Assembly: GCA_963707505.1 (NCBI GenBank)
Contig: CAVPQB010000004.1
Coordinates: 352,001 to 416,000 of the forward strand
Length of the DNA stretch: 64,000 bases
Source: an uncultured Gemmatimonadales bacterium
GTDB taxonomy: Bacteria > Gemmatimonadota > Gemmatimonadetes > Gemmatimonadales > Gemmatimonadaceae
Reading direction: 5' to 3'
The translations under genes were made by a program, and so were the position numbers. Positions 1 to 11,003 of the stretch are shown piece by piece (the stretch's first letter is position 1; each line of letters starts with the position of its first letter). The notes below the pieces were generated by a model. That model was not told where the DNA came from. It saw only the letters and a list, made by a program, of their open reading frames with translations, and did not search any database.

Positions 1-254
1 ACGACGTTCGACGCGTGATGTGGGACAACGCAGGAATCGACCGGACGGCCGATGCACTGCGTGATTGCCTCGCGATTCTCGACGGAATCGAGGCGCGCCT
101 CCCGATCGGCGCGACGGAAGAAGCAAACATGATCGAGACTTCGCGCCTCATCGTGCAGGCAGCGCTGCTTCGCAAGGAGTCGCGCGGCGGCCATTTCAGG
201 CGCGATTTTCCGCGTCCCAAGAGAAAGTGGCGTGATCGCCACATCGAATGGTAG
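1..254 (+). CDS. nadB: L-aspartate oxidase, C-terminal part (5' end outside window)
   Basis: Fumarate-reductase/NadB C-terminal motif 'AALLRKESRGGHFRRDFP'; immediately upstream of nadA and nadC. Confidence 0.85.
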   Translation, partial: DVRRVMWDNAGIDRTADALRDCLAILDGIEARLPIGATEEANMIETSRLIVQAALLRKESRGGHFRRDFPRPKRKWRDRHIEW

Positions 255-299
255 GCGCTCTCATTGCGGCTTCCACACCGCATCTCAGAACCAATATTC

Positions 300-1325
300 A
301 TGACTGAATCGATACACAACGCAGCACAGGACGAGGACATCGTCGCGCGTATAAAGTCGCTCGCGCGTCAACGCGACGCCGTCATCCTGGCGCACAATTA
401 CGAGCGCCCGGAAGTGCAGGACGCCGCTGATTTCGTCGGCGACTCGCTCGGACTGAGTCGCGAGGCGGCGAAGACGGAAGCGAAGGTCATCGTCTTCTGT
501 GGCGTTCACTTCATGGCGGAGACGGCCGCGATCCTCTCGCCCGAGAAAACGGTGCTGCTGCCGGACATGGCTGCCGGCTGCTCGCTCGCGGCGACGATCG
601 ACGGCGCGCAATTGCGCGAATGGAAGAACGAACATCCCGGCGCTATCGTCGTCAGCTACGTGAACACCACAGCAGAGGTAAAGGCGGAGAGCGATTATTG
701 CTGCACCTCTGGCAACGCGGTGGACATCGTCAACTCGATTCCGGCTGACAGGGAGATTCTCTTTCTCCCTGACATGTTCCTCGGCGCACATGTGCGTCGT
801 GTGACGGGACGCGAAAACATTCACGTGTGGATGGGCGAGTGCCATGTGCATGCCGGCATCGATCCTGAGAACATCAACGCGCAGCGCGCGCTGCATCCCG
901 GCGCCGAATTTCTCATTCACCCGGAGTGCGGCTGCGCGACGAGTGCGGTCGAGGCCGTATCGTCGGGTGCGGTGGACGCTGCGGGCGTGCAGATTCTCTC
1001 GACCGAGGGAATGATCCGCCGGCCGGCGATCTCGGACTCGGAAGAATTCATCGTGGCGACCGAGGTGGGAATCCTGCACCGTCTCCGCCGCGAGAATCCC
1101 ACAAAACGATTCATCCCAGCGAATGATCGGGCGGTGTGCGCATTCATGAAGGTCACGACACTCCCGAAGGTCCTGGCCTCGCTGGAGCACATGCAGCACA
1201 GGATCACCGTCGATCCGGATACGGCGGCGAAGGCTCGCCGCGCAATCGAGCGGATGGTGGCTGTTGGCGGCACGCCGACGCCACTCTCGCTCGATCCATC
1301 GACCGCCGAGGATCCGGGCGAATGA
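300..1325 (+). CDS. nadA: quinolinate synthase
   Basis: Motifs ILAHNYE, FCGVHFMAETA, AGCSLA, YVNT, CHVH, HPEC, C-x-FMK; ATG at 300. Confidence 0.95.
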   Translation: MTESIHNAAQDEDIVARIKSLARQRDAVILAHNYERPEVQDAADFVGDSLGLSREAAKTEAKVIVFCGVHFMAETAAILSPEKTVLLPDMAAGCSLAATIDGAQLREWKNEHPGAIVVSYVNTTAEVKAESDYCCTSGNAVDIVNSIPADREILFLPDMFLGAHVRRVTGRENIHVWMGECHVHAGIDPENINAQRALHPGAEFLIHPECGCATSAVEAVSSGAVDAAGVQILSTEGMIRRPAISDSEEFIVATEVGILHRLRRENPTKRFIPANDRAVCAFMKVTTLPKVLASLEHMQHRITVDPDTAAKARRAIERMVAVGGTPTPLSLDPSTAEDPGE

Positions 1326-2245
1326 CCGAATCCAACTTGCTCACCGATCCCTCGCTGCAACGGCTCGCGGAGTTCGCATTTTCACCGGAAGAGCGAACGC
1401 GCTTTCCGCTCGACGCGTCGCATCGCGCGCGCATCGTGCACGCTGCGCTGGAAGAGGATGCAGCAGACGCCGACGTGACGACCAACGCGACGATCGATCC
1501 TGCGAGCAACGCGCGTGCGGCACTCGTCGCGCGACGCGCTGGAGTGGTGTGTGGAACATCGTTGGCGATCGAAGCATTCCGGCAGCGCGATCCAACGATC
1601 GCGATTCGCGAGGACTCACACGACGCGCGGCCGATCGACCGCGGCGACACGGTTCTTTTTCTGACCGGAAGTGCGCGCGGAATGTTGAGTGCGGAACGGG
1701 TTGCGTTGAATTTCATGCAACGTCTCTCCGGCATCGCGACGCTGACCGCACAGTACGTACACGCGGTGCGCGGCACGAACGCACGCATACTCGATACGCG
1801 CAAGACGACGCCAGGCTGGCGCAAGCTGGAGCGCTACGCCGTGCGCTGCGGTGGTGGAATGAGCCATCGCAGCGATCTCGAGCAGGCGGTGCTCATCAAG
1901 GACAATCACATAGCTGCGCTCGGCGATGACGTCGGTCTCTCGGTGCATCGCGCACGTGCGATTGCTCCATCCGGCACGCGAATCGAGGTCGAATGCGACG
2001 ATGTCGCGCAGGTTGGCGAGGCGCTTCGCGCTGGCGCGGACATCATCATGCTGGACAACATGGGACTCCAGGACATGCGCGATGCTGTGAAGCTCGTCGC
2101 GGGGCGCGCGGTGGTCGAGGCGTCCGGCGGTGTGAATCTTCAGACGGTTCGCGGGATCGCGGAAACGGGGGTCAACTGGATTTCAGTCGGCGCTCTCACC
2201 CACTCCGCGCCGGCCCTCGATCTCGCGCTGGATTTCGAGGAGTGA
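1322..2245 (+). CDS. nadC: nicotinate-nucleotide diphosphorylase (carboxylating)
   Basis: Motifs AERVALNF, DTRKTTPG, LIKDNH, IMLDN, EASGG; ATGA overlap with the nadA stop. Confidence 0.95.
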   Translation: MTESNLLTDPSLQRLAEFAFSPEERTRFPLDASHRARIVHAALEEDAADADVTTNATIDPASNARAALVARRAGVVCGTSLAIEAFRQRDPTIAIREDSHDARPIDRGDTVLFLTGSARGMLSAERVALNFMQRLSGIATLTAQYVHAVRGTNARILDTRKTTPGWRKLERYAVRCGGGMSHRSDLEQAVLIKDNHIAALGDDVGLSVHRARAIAPSGTRIEVECDDVAQVGEALRAGADIIMLDNMGLQDMRDAVKLVAGRAVVEASGGVNLQTVRGIAETGVNWISVGALTHSAPALDLALDFEE

Positions 2246-2353
2246 TGTGGACCGGGTCCCGAGCGGTACTCGGCCCCCGTTAGAGGCAGCGTCGGCCTCG
2301 ACGGAGAAGCCGCCGGAAGATCCGTGCGACGTGTGTGGTAGTACACGCGTGCA

Positions 2354-2941
2354 ATGGCGCAAGTGCAAGCTGGTTTGTCTCAATTGCGGCACTATTCTCA
2401 AATCGTGCGCGGACCTCTAGCCCTGCAGCCGCCAGGGACGCTCTGGACGGTAGGCCACTCGACTCATCCGATTGTTGAGTTCATGGACCTGCTGACCGCG
2501 CACGGGGTGATGCGCATCGCTGACGTGCGACGGTTCGCGGGCTCGCGAAAGTTTCCGCAGTTCAATCCGGCCGAGCTCGAACACTCGCTTGCGGCCGCGG
2601 GAATCGCGTATACGCCAATGCCGACGCTTGGCGGGAGACGCAAGGTGCTCCCGGACTCACCGCACTCCGCGTGGCGGAACGAGGCGTTTCGCGGATACGC
2701 CGATTACATGGATACGGAAGAGTTTGCAGAAGCTGCAGAGTCGCTGGCAGCGATCGCTCGTGGTGAGAGGGTTGCCATGATGTGTTCCGAAGCGGTGTGG
2801 TGGCGTTGCCATCGATCGATGATCGCCGATTATTTCAAGGCGCACGGATGGGAAGTGCTGCACATCATGGGGATGGGTGAGGCGAAGGAGCACCCGTATA
2901 CGTCGGTAGCGAAGGTGATAGACGGGGTGTTGACCTACTGA
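2354..2941 (+). CDS. DUF488 family protein
   Basis: 'WTVGHSTH', 'DVRRF', 'LGGRR', 'MCSEAVWWRCHRSMIAD'; start codon uncertain. Confidence 0.85.
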   Translation: MAQVQAGLSQLRHYSQIVRGPLALQPPGTLWTVGHSTHPIVEFMDLLTAHGVMRIADVRRFAGSRKFPQFNPAELEHSLAAAGIAYTPMPTLGGRRKVLPDSPHSAWRNEAFRGYADYMDTEEFAEAAESLAAIARGERVAMMCSEAVWWRCHRSMIADYFKAHGWEVLHIMGMGEAKEHPYTSVAKVIDGVLTY

Positions 2942-3669
2942 GTCGCGTCCAGATTTCCCAACGGAGTCCCATTCGCGCTTCTCACTACCGCCTGGAAAAC
3001 GATGTCGCCGAGTGCGTTGTAGTTGCCGTCAAAGTGATGCTTGCCCTTGCGCTCGATGACGGTCATCAGACCCGGTGGTGCAGAGCGGCAGAGCGATTCC
3101 TTCTCCTCTGCGCCATAGACACAGACCATCGGAACCCCCTTCAGCGCCAGGAGTTGTGGCAGGATCGGCGTGTCGTCCTTGCCCGATGTCGTGCGCCACA
3201 GGTCGGAGAAGTGATAGGAGAAGCTTGCGCGCTCCAGCAGGGCCAGCATCGCAATCAGAGTGAGATGCGGTCGGATGTCAGGAGCGAGATTCGTTGCCGC
3301 GAACGGTGCCAGGTCGGAGCCGCGCGAGTATCCAACGAGAGCAACGTCGTGCTTCTGCCACAGCGCCATGTAGCGTCGCGCAATGCGGGAAACGTCGCGT
3401 CCGATCACCGCCGGCGAGCGGCCGCCGCTGCGCAGATAGTCGCGCATGTCGACACCGACGACGTCGATTCCACGCGATTGCAGTCGCTTCCCGACCTTCT
3501 CGTCGATGTCGGCCCAACCGCCGTCACCCGAGAGAATTATCGCGACCGTGTTATTGGTGGAGTGAGCTGCGCGAAGCTCGACGATCGGCAGGTTCCGAAC
3601 ATCCGTGACGGTGTCGCGGGGGAGCTGCGCGGTCGCGGTGAGAAGTGAAACAAATAGGGGTAGGAGCAT
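2935..3669 (-). CDS. AcvB/VirJ-family alpha/beta hydrolase (putative aminoacyl-phosphatidylglycerol hydrolase), secreted
   Basis: 'ILSGDGGW', nucleophile elbow 'GYSRG', 'HHFDGNY'; N-terminal signal peptide. Confidence 0.8.
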   Translation of the reverse strand: MLLPLFVSLLTATAQLPRDTVTDVRNLPIVELRAAHSTNNTVAIILSGDGGWADIDEKVGKRLQSRGIDVVGVDMRDYLRSGGRSPAVIGRDVSRIARRYMALWQKHDVALVGYSRGSDLAPFAATNLAPDIRPHLTLIAMLALLERASFSYHFSDLWRTTSGKDDTPILPQLLALKGVPMVCVYGAEEKESLCRSAPPGLMTVIERKGKHHFDGNYNALGDIVFQAVVRSANGTPLGNLDATQ

Positions 3670-3672
3670 CTT

Positions 3673-4423
3673 TCAGGGATGGTCTAGCTTCGCGGGATCC
3701 AGCCGGCTGTCGGCGACGGGTACGTTGACGCGAATGTCGGAATATTCCTCGCTCTGCACGAGCTTGCCGGCACGCGTATCAGTTACGAGAGTCGCGAGCC
3801 AACCGTTGCCGGCTGGCTGGTACTGATCGAACCTGACGTCTTCCAGCCCTGGGCGCCCCTGTGCCACGGGGCCGATCATCCTCACGAAGACCAGCCGTTC
3901 AGCATCGATCCAGAATTGCTTCGACGTCGTGTCACCGGTGCGCCGCGCCGACGATGAATACGCGGCGACCCTGCCAGGTGCCTTCGTGCATCTTGCCCAG
4001 ATCGAAGCCCTCCTCGCGCAATGCGCTGACGCTGCGCTCGATGGGCTGCGTGTAGATATCGAATCCGAGCAGCAACAGCGGATTCCGGCCCGCCCGTGCG
4101 GGAAGGTTCTGCCCACCGCGACGGACGAAGATACTGTCGCGGGCGAATAGAATGATCGGATCACCGTCCGGAGTGCCGACATCGATGCGCAGTCTGCCGG
4201 GCAGCTTCATTGCCTCGTACCACGTCTCGTGCACCATCGTGTCGGCAGCGCTGCGTCGCTGGGTTGCCTGCGTAAACGTGAGTGTCGTATACCACTTCGC
4301 GACGTACCTGTCGTGCATCAATCGCACGAGCTCGGCGCCGTCCGGCGGTGTCTGCGCCGGAAGTAAAGCAGGTGTCGCGAGAGCTGCAAACGTGATGGAT
4401 GCCGCGAGCATGGAAGCGCGCAT
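3673..4423 (-). CDS. secreted hypothetical protein (possibly LolA-like beta-rich fold), frameshift near 3941
   Basis: Two ORFs join (VFIVGAA / TGDTTSKQFWIDAERLVFVR); signal peptide; fold assignment is tentative. Confidence 0.6.
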
Positions 4424-4484
4424 TCGGTTCCTCGATTGTTGTCGTACGGTCCAATCAGTCAAGACTCGTCCAGATGCGTCGCCG

Positions 4485-4862
4485 TCACAGATCGGGGCGC
4501 AATTCTTCTGCTCCGTTGAGGTACACGTGCCGGACTGAAGTGTTCGCGGGCAGCTCGACGTGAAGCAGTACGCGCACTACACGGTCCATCGAACCTGGCA
4601 CAGGAATTTCCGTCGAACAGAGCATTGCCACATCATCCCATCCCAGCTCACGAGCGGCTCTCGCAGGAAAGTCGCTGACGAGATCCGGTGTAACGGTGAA
4701 GAACGCACTGACGATTGCGTCCCGGCTCAGTGAATTGCGCAGCATCATCTCTGTGAGCAATTCACGTGTCGCGGTGCGGATGGATTCCGAGTCGTCGTGT
4801 GCCGCGCGCGTCGCTCCGCGAAGGCCGCGGATGCGTATCGCGCTCCTGTCTTCGCTGATCAT
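4485..4862 (-). CDS. aroH: chorismate mutase, AroH class
   Basis: 'IRGLRGAT', 'FTVTPDLVSDFPA', 'EIPVPGS', 'HVYLNGAEELRPDL'. Confidence 0.92.
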   Translation of the reverse strand: MISEDRSAIRIRGLRGATRAAHDDSESIRTATRELLTEMMLRNSLSRDAIVSAFFTVTPDLVSDFPARAARELGWDDVAMLCSTEIPVPGSMDRVVRVLLHVELPANTSVRHVYLNGAEELRPDL

Positions 4863-6656
4863 TTCATCGATGGCGCGGTGCCCCGTTGCCCAGCCACGTC
4901 GAGAATCGAATCCGGTAACGCATACCCCTTATCGACTCGCACGTCCGCTGCTACTTCGCGCCGAGCGTCGTCGAGCAGGCCGTCGGAACCGCCAGCAAGC
5001 GCGGCACGCGCAGCGCGGAACCGCAGGCCGGCTCCAACGCAGAATATATCGCACAACAGGATCGCGCGCGCATCGTCCTGGCGCCCGAGCAGCGCCTGCG
5101 TGTAGGACAACACGCACGCTGTAGCGAAGAGCTCGATTGCCATGTTGGACAGCCGCTCCACCACCATCTGGCGATCCACTATCTCACCACGATACTTCGT
5201 CACCGCGGTCTCCGCCGATGACCGAAGCTCGGCGACGTGTTTCTCGAATGATTCCTTGTGCGTCGCGAGGCGGGGGTCCAGCTCGAAATCAAGCGTCGCG
5301 CTGGCGCCGAACGCGTTACGGACTTTCGCCGCCGCAAACTCACTGAGCAGTCCGAGATGCTTGATCGGTTCGCGCAGCGCGACGCTGACTTCCTTGAGCT
5401 GGCCGGATAGCGTTTGAATGCCGTTCAGCGCGATGAAGAGCCGAAGTATCTCGTTGGCACCCTCGAATATCCTGTTGATTCGGCTGTCGCGAAGAAATCG
5501 CTCGTACGGATACGGTTTCACGAATCCGCGGCCTCCGGCGAGCTGCACCATCTCGTCGGTGGTGCGCCAGATCAGCTCACTCGCGAAGACCTTGCCGATC
5601 GCGGCCTCGAGCGACCAGTCTGCTTCATTATCTGTGGCAAGATTTGCGATGACTCCGAGCATTGCGTCCGAGGCGTAGATGTCCGATGCGATCGTCGCGA
5701 GCTTTCGCTGCGTGATCTCGAAGTCGGCGAGCGGCTTGTCGAACTGGATACGCTGCTCGACGTAGCTCGTCATCTCATGGAAGACATGCTTGGCCGCGCC
5801 CGTGCATCCGGCGGCGAGCGTCAGCCGGCCGCCGTTCAGCACGTGCACGGCGACGGCGAATCCTCGACCGACCTCGCCCAGCACGTTTTCGGCGGGGACA
5901 CGTAGGTCAGTGTATTCCAGCTCGGCCTGGGTGGATCCGCGGATGCCCATCTTCCGCGCTGTTTCGACAACGCGGAAGCCCGGCATGGTAGGCTCGATGA
6001 GGAACGCCGTTGGTCTCGTCACGATAATTCCGTCGCGCTCGACTTCCGTCTGCGCAAACGTGACGAGAACAGCGGCGCGATGCGCGTTACCTATCCAGAT
6101 CTTGTGACCGTTCAGCGTCCAGTGCGATTTGTCCACGCTCAGCTTCGCAGTCGTCTTCACGTGCTGTGCATCCGATCCGATCAGCGGCTCGGTAAGCGCA
6201 TACGAGACGAGTATCTCACCGCGTGCGAGTCGCGGAAGCCACTGCTGCTTCTGCGCCTCGGTGCCGTACATCACGATGGCCTTGCACCCGAGTCCGCAGT
6301 GCACGCCGATGAAGACGCCGATCGAGGAATCGACGCCGCCGATTGCCTCGCATACTCTGGCGTACGCTCGCGGCGACAGCTCCAACCCACCGAATTGTCG
6401 CGGAATCGTCATGCCGAGAAATCCGTGCTCGGCGAGCGCGGCGATCACGTCGTCGTGGATCGTTTCCTCCTCGATCGAACTTCACGGAGTCGATGAGGCC
6501 GCCCAACCGGTTTTCCATCGCGTGAACCAGTCGGGCGACTGTTGCGGCCTCCGACGAATCGAGCAGGTCGAGCTGTGGCGGATATGGAAAGAGCAGCTCG
6601 TCGTTTATCTCACCGGCGAAGATCCCACGCGTGAACGAATATCCGTCTGTCGGCAT
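4859..6656 (-). CDS. acyl-CoA dehydrogenase (VLCAD/ACAD9-like long form), frameshift near 6470
   Basis: 'YALTEP..GSDA', 'LNGHKIWI', 'KMGIRGS', 'RINRIFEGANEILR'; N-terminus MPTDGYSFTRGIFAG lies in another frame. Confidence 0.88.
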
Positions 6657-6663
6657 GGATGGG

Positions 6664-8544
6664 TTATATGGTGGATTGGTTGTTGACTGTGGGTGTAGCG
6701 CGTGCAATATCCAGCGCGTGCGGTGAAGGCATGTCGCAATATTCGCCGTGACATGCGAACGTTTCGGCGTACTCGGCATCGCCCAGCAGGTGACCGAACG
6801 CGGATGGATAACGCGTAACCAATCCGGCGAGCGAATTCATTACTTGTGATGCAAGATCACGGTACGATTCGTTGTCGTCGTAATTCGCGAGACGGAGCAG
6901 CAGATCGACCGCCAGCGATGTTCCGGATGGTATGGCATTGTCTGTGGGATCGTGCGGTCGCGACACGAGCTTTTCCGCATCGCGCGAAGTATCGTAAAAC
7001 ACCATCGTATCTGCATCCCAGAATTCGTCCAGCATCACCTGCGCCAGCCGGCGTGACGCATTCAGCCATTTCAGGTCGAGTGATTGCTCGAACATCGCGA
7101 GGAAGCCCAGTGCAACCGCTGCCTGGTCTTCGAGGAAGCCGGCGATTCGCGCGGTACCATCCTTGTAGCTGCGCATTACGCGACCGTCGACGACCATCCG
7201 CGCAAGGAGGAATTCGGCGTTCCGCGTTGCCATCTCGCGGAAATCCGCACGGTCGAACGCGCGCGCGGCTTCAACGATCCCGCGTAGCGCGAGGCCGTTC
7301 CAACCGGCGAGGATCTTGTCATCGCGGCCTGGCCGCACGCGTTGGGAGCGTTGTTGCATGAGAGTTTGATTCGCGCGCGCGACGGCTCCCGAGAGTGTTG
7401 CCGGATCGACGTCGACGCGGCGCGCGATTTCGGAGGGGTCTGCAGGAACGTGCAGAATGTTGCTTCCCTCGAAATTCCCGCCGGTCGTCGCGCCGTAATA
7501 CGCTTTCACGAGGGCTGCATCGGCGCCGAGCAGCGAGTCGAGCTCGTCCGAGCTCCAGACGTAGAATTTACCCTCCTCGCCCTCAGAGTCAGCGTCGAGC
7601 GACGAATAAAAGCCGCCTTCCGGGGACGTCATCTCGCGCGCGAGCCAATCTCCTGCTTTTTCAGTAGCAACGCGGATCTCGTCATTTTTTGTTGCTTCGT
7701 AGAGGTGCGCGCCGAGCCTCAAGAGCAGGGCATTGTCGTAAAGCATCTTCTCGAAATGCGGAACGAGCCACTGCTCATCTACCGAGTAACGCGCGAATCC
7801 GCCGGCGATCTGATCGTAGATTCCGCCGCGCGCCATCTTCACGAACGTTGCTGCCGCCATATCCAGCGCGCTATTCTCGCCGGTCCGGGCCCAGTGACGC
7901 AACAGAAAATCGAGCACCATCGTCGGTGGAAACTTGGGTGCACCACCGAACCCGCCAAAACGCGGATCGTAGCCGGATGCGATCGCGTGAAATGCCTGCT
8001 CCAGAAACGTGGAGTCGATACTGCCCGCGTAGCCGTCGCTTACCGCTGCCGCGTCGTAGATCCGCCGCATCGACTCGGCACTGGCGGCCACGCGGTCGGG
8101 ATGATTCCTGTACGTCTCGGCGACTGCCTCCAGTACGCGTCTGAAAGACGGCATCCCGTGTCTGTCGGTCGGCGGGAAGTAGGTGCCTCCGTAGAACGGC
8201 TCGCCGGCAGGATTCAGGAAGACCGTCATCGGCCAGCCGCCGTGACCGGTCATGGATTGAACCGCCTGCATGTAGATCGCGTCCAGATCGGGACGTTCCT
8301 CACGATCGACCTTGATGCACACGAAGTTGTCGTTCATGAGCTCGGCGGTCGCGACGTCCTCGAACGATTCGTGCGCCATGACGTGGCACCAGTGGCACGC
8401 GGCGTAACCGATCGAAAGCAGGATGGGGCGGTCAAGCCGGCGCGCCCGGTCCAGCGCGTCGTCGCCCCAGGGATACCAGTCGACGGGATTGTCGGCATGC
8501 TGGAGCAGGTAGGGCGATGTCTCGCCTGCCAGACGGTTTGGCAT
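6664..8544 (-). CDS. thioredoxin-domain protein YyaL/SSP411 family
   Basis: '[27 protein letters not shown]', '[18 protein letters not shown]', '[10 protein letters not shown]'. Confidence 0.92.
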   Translation of the reverse strand: MPNRLAGETSPYLLQHADNPVDWYPWGDDALDRARRLDRPILLSIGYAACHWCHVMAHESFEDVATAELMNDNFVCIKVDREERPDLDAIYMQAVQSMTGHGGWPMTVFLNPAGEPFYGGTYFPPTDRHGMPSFRRVLEAVAETYRNHPDRVAASAESMRRIYDAAAVSDGYAGSIDSTFLEQAFHAIASGYDPRFGGFGGAPKFPPTMVLDFLLRHWARTGENSALDMAAATFVKMARGGIYDQIAGGFARYSVDEQWLVPHFEKMLYDNALLLRLGAHLYEATKNDEIRVATEKAGDWLAREMTSPEGGFYSSLDADSEGEEGKFYVWSSDELDSLLGADAALVKAYYGATTGGNFEGSNILHVPADPSEIARRVDVDPATLSGAVARANQTLMQQRSQRVRPGRDDKILAGWNGLALRGIVEAARAFDRADFREMATRNAEFLLARMVVDGRVMRSYKDGTARIAGFLEDQAAVALGFLAMFEQSLDLKWLNASRRLAQVMLDEFWDADTMVFYDTSRDAEKLVSRPHDPTDNAIPSGTSLAVDLLLRLANYDDNESYRDLASQVMNSLAGLVTRYPSAFGHLLGDAEYAETFACHGEYCDMPSPHALDIARATPTVNNQSTI

Positions 8545-8602
8545 CCCGTAAGATAGCCCGGAGCGGCGCTGCAGGGCCGAAATGCGCCGTTAAATTGAAC
8601 CC

Positions 8603-9991
8603 ATGCCGAAGATTGCGAACGACCTCGATTCATTCCTCACGCAGCACCAGTCGCGGATCGAGGAAGAGCTTTTTGATTTCCTGCGCATCCCCAGCGTCAG
8701 CGCGCAGCCTGCGCATGACGCCGACACTCGCGCCGCCGCTGAATGGGTGAAGCGATCACTGGAGCAGGCCGGCCTGAACGCCGCAATCCACGACACGCCG
8801 GGACACCCGGTCGTGGTCGGCGAGTGGCGCGGTGCCGGGCCCGATGCGCCGACGGTACTGATATACGGTCACTACGACGTGCAGCCCGCCGAGCCGCTCG
8901 AGCTATGGACGTCGCCGCCGTTCGAGCCGGAAGTGCGCGAGGGTCGGATCTACGCCCGCGGATCAGTCGACGACAAGGGACAACTCTTTCTGCACATCAA
9001 GGCGCTCGAGGCGCACCTGAAAACGCGGAGAGCTCTCCCGTGCAACGTTGTCGTCATCGCGGAAGGCGAGGAGGAAGTCGGAAGCGAGAATCTGGAAGCG
9101 TTCGTCGAGCGCGAGCGTACGCTTCTCGCGGCCGATGCGGTAGTGATATCGGACTCATCGATGTTCGCTGAAGGGATGCCTTCGATATTATCGTCGCTGC
9201 GCGGACTGTCGTACTTCCAGATCGACGTGCAGGGGCCGTCCAGCGATCTTCACTCTGGAATGTACGGCGGCGCAGTAGTCAATCCTGCCGCTGCGCTCGC
9301 GCGAATCATCGCATCGATGCACGACGAAAATGGACACGTCGCGATCGACGGTTTCTATGACGACGTGAGTCCGTTCCCGGACAGGGTGATTGAGGAAATG
9401 CGCGACCTGCCGCACACCGACGCGCAATTCGAGCGTGAGATCGGAGTGACGAGCCTCGGTGGAGAGAAGGGCTTCACGACGCTCGAGAAGCTGTGGACAC
9501 GTCCAACGTGTGAAGTGAACGGGATGCTATCCGGCTACACCGGAGACGGAGCGAAAACGGTTCTTCCAGCGAAGGCGATGGCCAAGGTGAGCTGCAGACT
9601 GGTGCCGAATCAGGATCCGGCGAAGATAGCTCGGCTATTCGAGGCGCACGTGAAGAAGTTCACACCCGACGGTGTCACGGTAACTGTGAGTTACCTGCAC
9701 GGAGGACGTCCGTGGCGCGCCGATCTCAGCGGTCCGATCTTCGATGCGGCGCGTGGTGCTCTACATGCTGCGTTCGGACGCGATCCGGTGATCGTTGGAG
9801 AAGGCGGATCGATTCCGGTCGTCGGAGACTTTCAGCGAATTCTCGATGCGCCGGTGTTGCTTGTTGGATTTGGTCTGCCGGGCGAGAATGCGCACGCGCC
9901 CGACGAGTGGATGAGCGTCGAGAACTTCCGGCTTGGTGCGAAGGCCATGGCTGCGCTGTGGGACGAGTACGCGGGGAAAGGAGCGGTCTGA
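8603..9991 (+). CDS. M20 family dipeptidase
   Basis: 'YGHYDVQP', 'ARGSVDDKGQ', 'EGEEEVGS', 'DLHSG', 'HAPDE'. Confidence 0.92.
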   Translation: MPKIANDLDSFLTQHQSRIEEELFDFLRIPSVSAQPAHDADTRAAAEWVKRSLEQAGLNAAIHDTPGHPVVVGEWRGAGPDAPTVLIYGHYDVQPAEPLELWTSPPFEPEVREGRIYARGSVDDKGQLFLHIKALEAHLKTRRALPCNVVVIAEGEEEVGSENLEAFVERERTLLAADAVVISDSSMFAEGMPSILSSLRGLSYFQIDVQGPSSDLHSGMYGGAVVNPAAALARIIASMHDENGHVAIDGFYDDVSPFPDRVIEEMRDLPHTDAQFEREIGVTSLGGEKGFTTLEKLWTRPTCEVNGMLSGYTGDGAKTVLPAKAMAKVSCRLVPNQDPAKIARLFEAHVKKFTPDGVTVTVSYLHGGRPWRADLSGPIFDAARGALHAAFGRDPVIVGEGGSIPVVGDFQRILDAPVLLVGFGLPGENAHAPDEWMSVENFRLGAKAMAALWDEYAGKGAV

Positions 9992-9993
9992 GG

Positions 9994-10857
9994 CTATCGG
10001 TTGAGCAGGCAGCCGATAGTGGCGCGTAACGTAGTCGCGTCAGAGAATGACGTGAAGGCCTGAGCTGACGCGTCGCACCGGTGGCTGAGCAGGACGGTCG
10101 CGCCAGCGAGCGCTGTGATGCGTGTAAGATTGACAGCGATTCGCGTGTGATCGGTGCCGCCCAACAGATCGGTGAAGCCCACCTTGAACCGCGGGTATAG
10201 CTGATCGACGCCGACGCCGGCGGAGAACCTGAAGCGCGCCGAAGTTGCGGGATTTGTGGACGCAATCAGTTCCGCGCCGGCCATGTCCGGCTGAAATTCA
10301 TCGGTGGATGGGCTCGTTCCGTAACATGGTGTCGCGGGATCGGTCTGTTGCAACGCACTGCGTGGGCAGGTGATCGGTCCCTTCACGGTGCCGACCGTGC
10401 CGTGCACACGCGCCGTCAATTGCAGAGCTGAACTGACACTGCGCGTGAACCAGAAGGCAGCGCTGCCGAGGTCAGGTGTGGCGTCGGCGACTGTGATCGG
10501 TGGCACATAGCTCACCTCCAACCCGAAGCCACCGGGCAGACCGACAGCGAGGCGGGGACGTCCGAAGAAACTTGTAAGGCCGGTGTTTTCGGCCTTCCCG
10601 GTGTAGCAGTAATCGGTGTGTTGCAATGCCGCAGACGCCCTCGGCACGTAGGCCGCTTCGCCGGAGAGTCTGACGGCGCCAGGCTGGAGCGAGAGTGAAG
10701 CCGGATCGGCGCTGAAGACCAATGGAACAGAGTAAAAGGCGAGCAAGCGCGCCTCGTTGCTTCCGCGCGGAGGACGACACTGAGAGAAGGCCTGCGAGGC
10801 ACCCAGGCAGGTGAGCGCTCCGAGCAACACGGCTCGCAATATCGGTTGGCTTCGCAT
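9994..10857 (-). CDS. secreted, Cys-containing hypothetical protein (possible outer-membrane beta-barrel)
   Basis: Signal peptide MRSQPILRAVLLGALTCLGASQAFSQ, alternating beta-strand patterns, paired cysteines; TACGTT box 5 nt before the ATG. Confidence 0.6.
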   Translation of the reverse strand: MRSQPILRAVLLGALTCLGASQAFSQCRPPRGSNEARLLAFYSVPLVFSADPASLSLQPGAVRLSGEAAYVPRASAALQHTDYCYTGKAENTGLTSFFGRPRLAVGLPGGFGLEVSYVPPITVADATPDLGSAAFWFTRSVSSALQLTARVHGTVGTVKGPITCPRSALQQTDPATPCYGTSPSTDEFQPDMAGAELIASTNPATSARFRFSAGVGVDQLYPRFKVGFTDLLGGTDHTRIAVNLTRITALAGATVLLSHRCDASAQAFTSFSDATTLRATIGCLLNR

Positions 10858-10897
10858 GCCGAAACGTACGAAGCAGTCGATGCGCGGAATCACTCTC

Positions 10898-10950
10898 GCG
10901 GCGAGCTGCGTAACAATCACGGTGAGGCGAAGGCTTCGCCGGACGAGCGT
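10898..10950 (-). promoter_or_regulatory. three LytTR-type direct repeats with 21-bp period
   Basis: Minus-strand ACGCTCGTCCG / CGCCTCACCGT / CAGCTCGCCGC at 10950-10940, 10929-10919, 10908-10898. Confidence 0.6.
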
Positions 10951-11003
10951 TGGGCAGTCTTTTCCCGTCTGGCGCCGTTGGTAAGGCGACATATGTTAGG
11001 GCA

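Noticed and set aside
2246..2353. Hairpin (CCGAG/CTCGG) after nadC as a terminator or ncRNA
   Set aside because: Short imperfect stem with no U-tract and no recognisable family.
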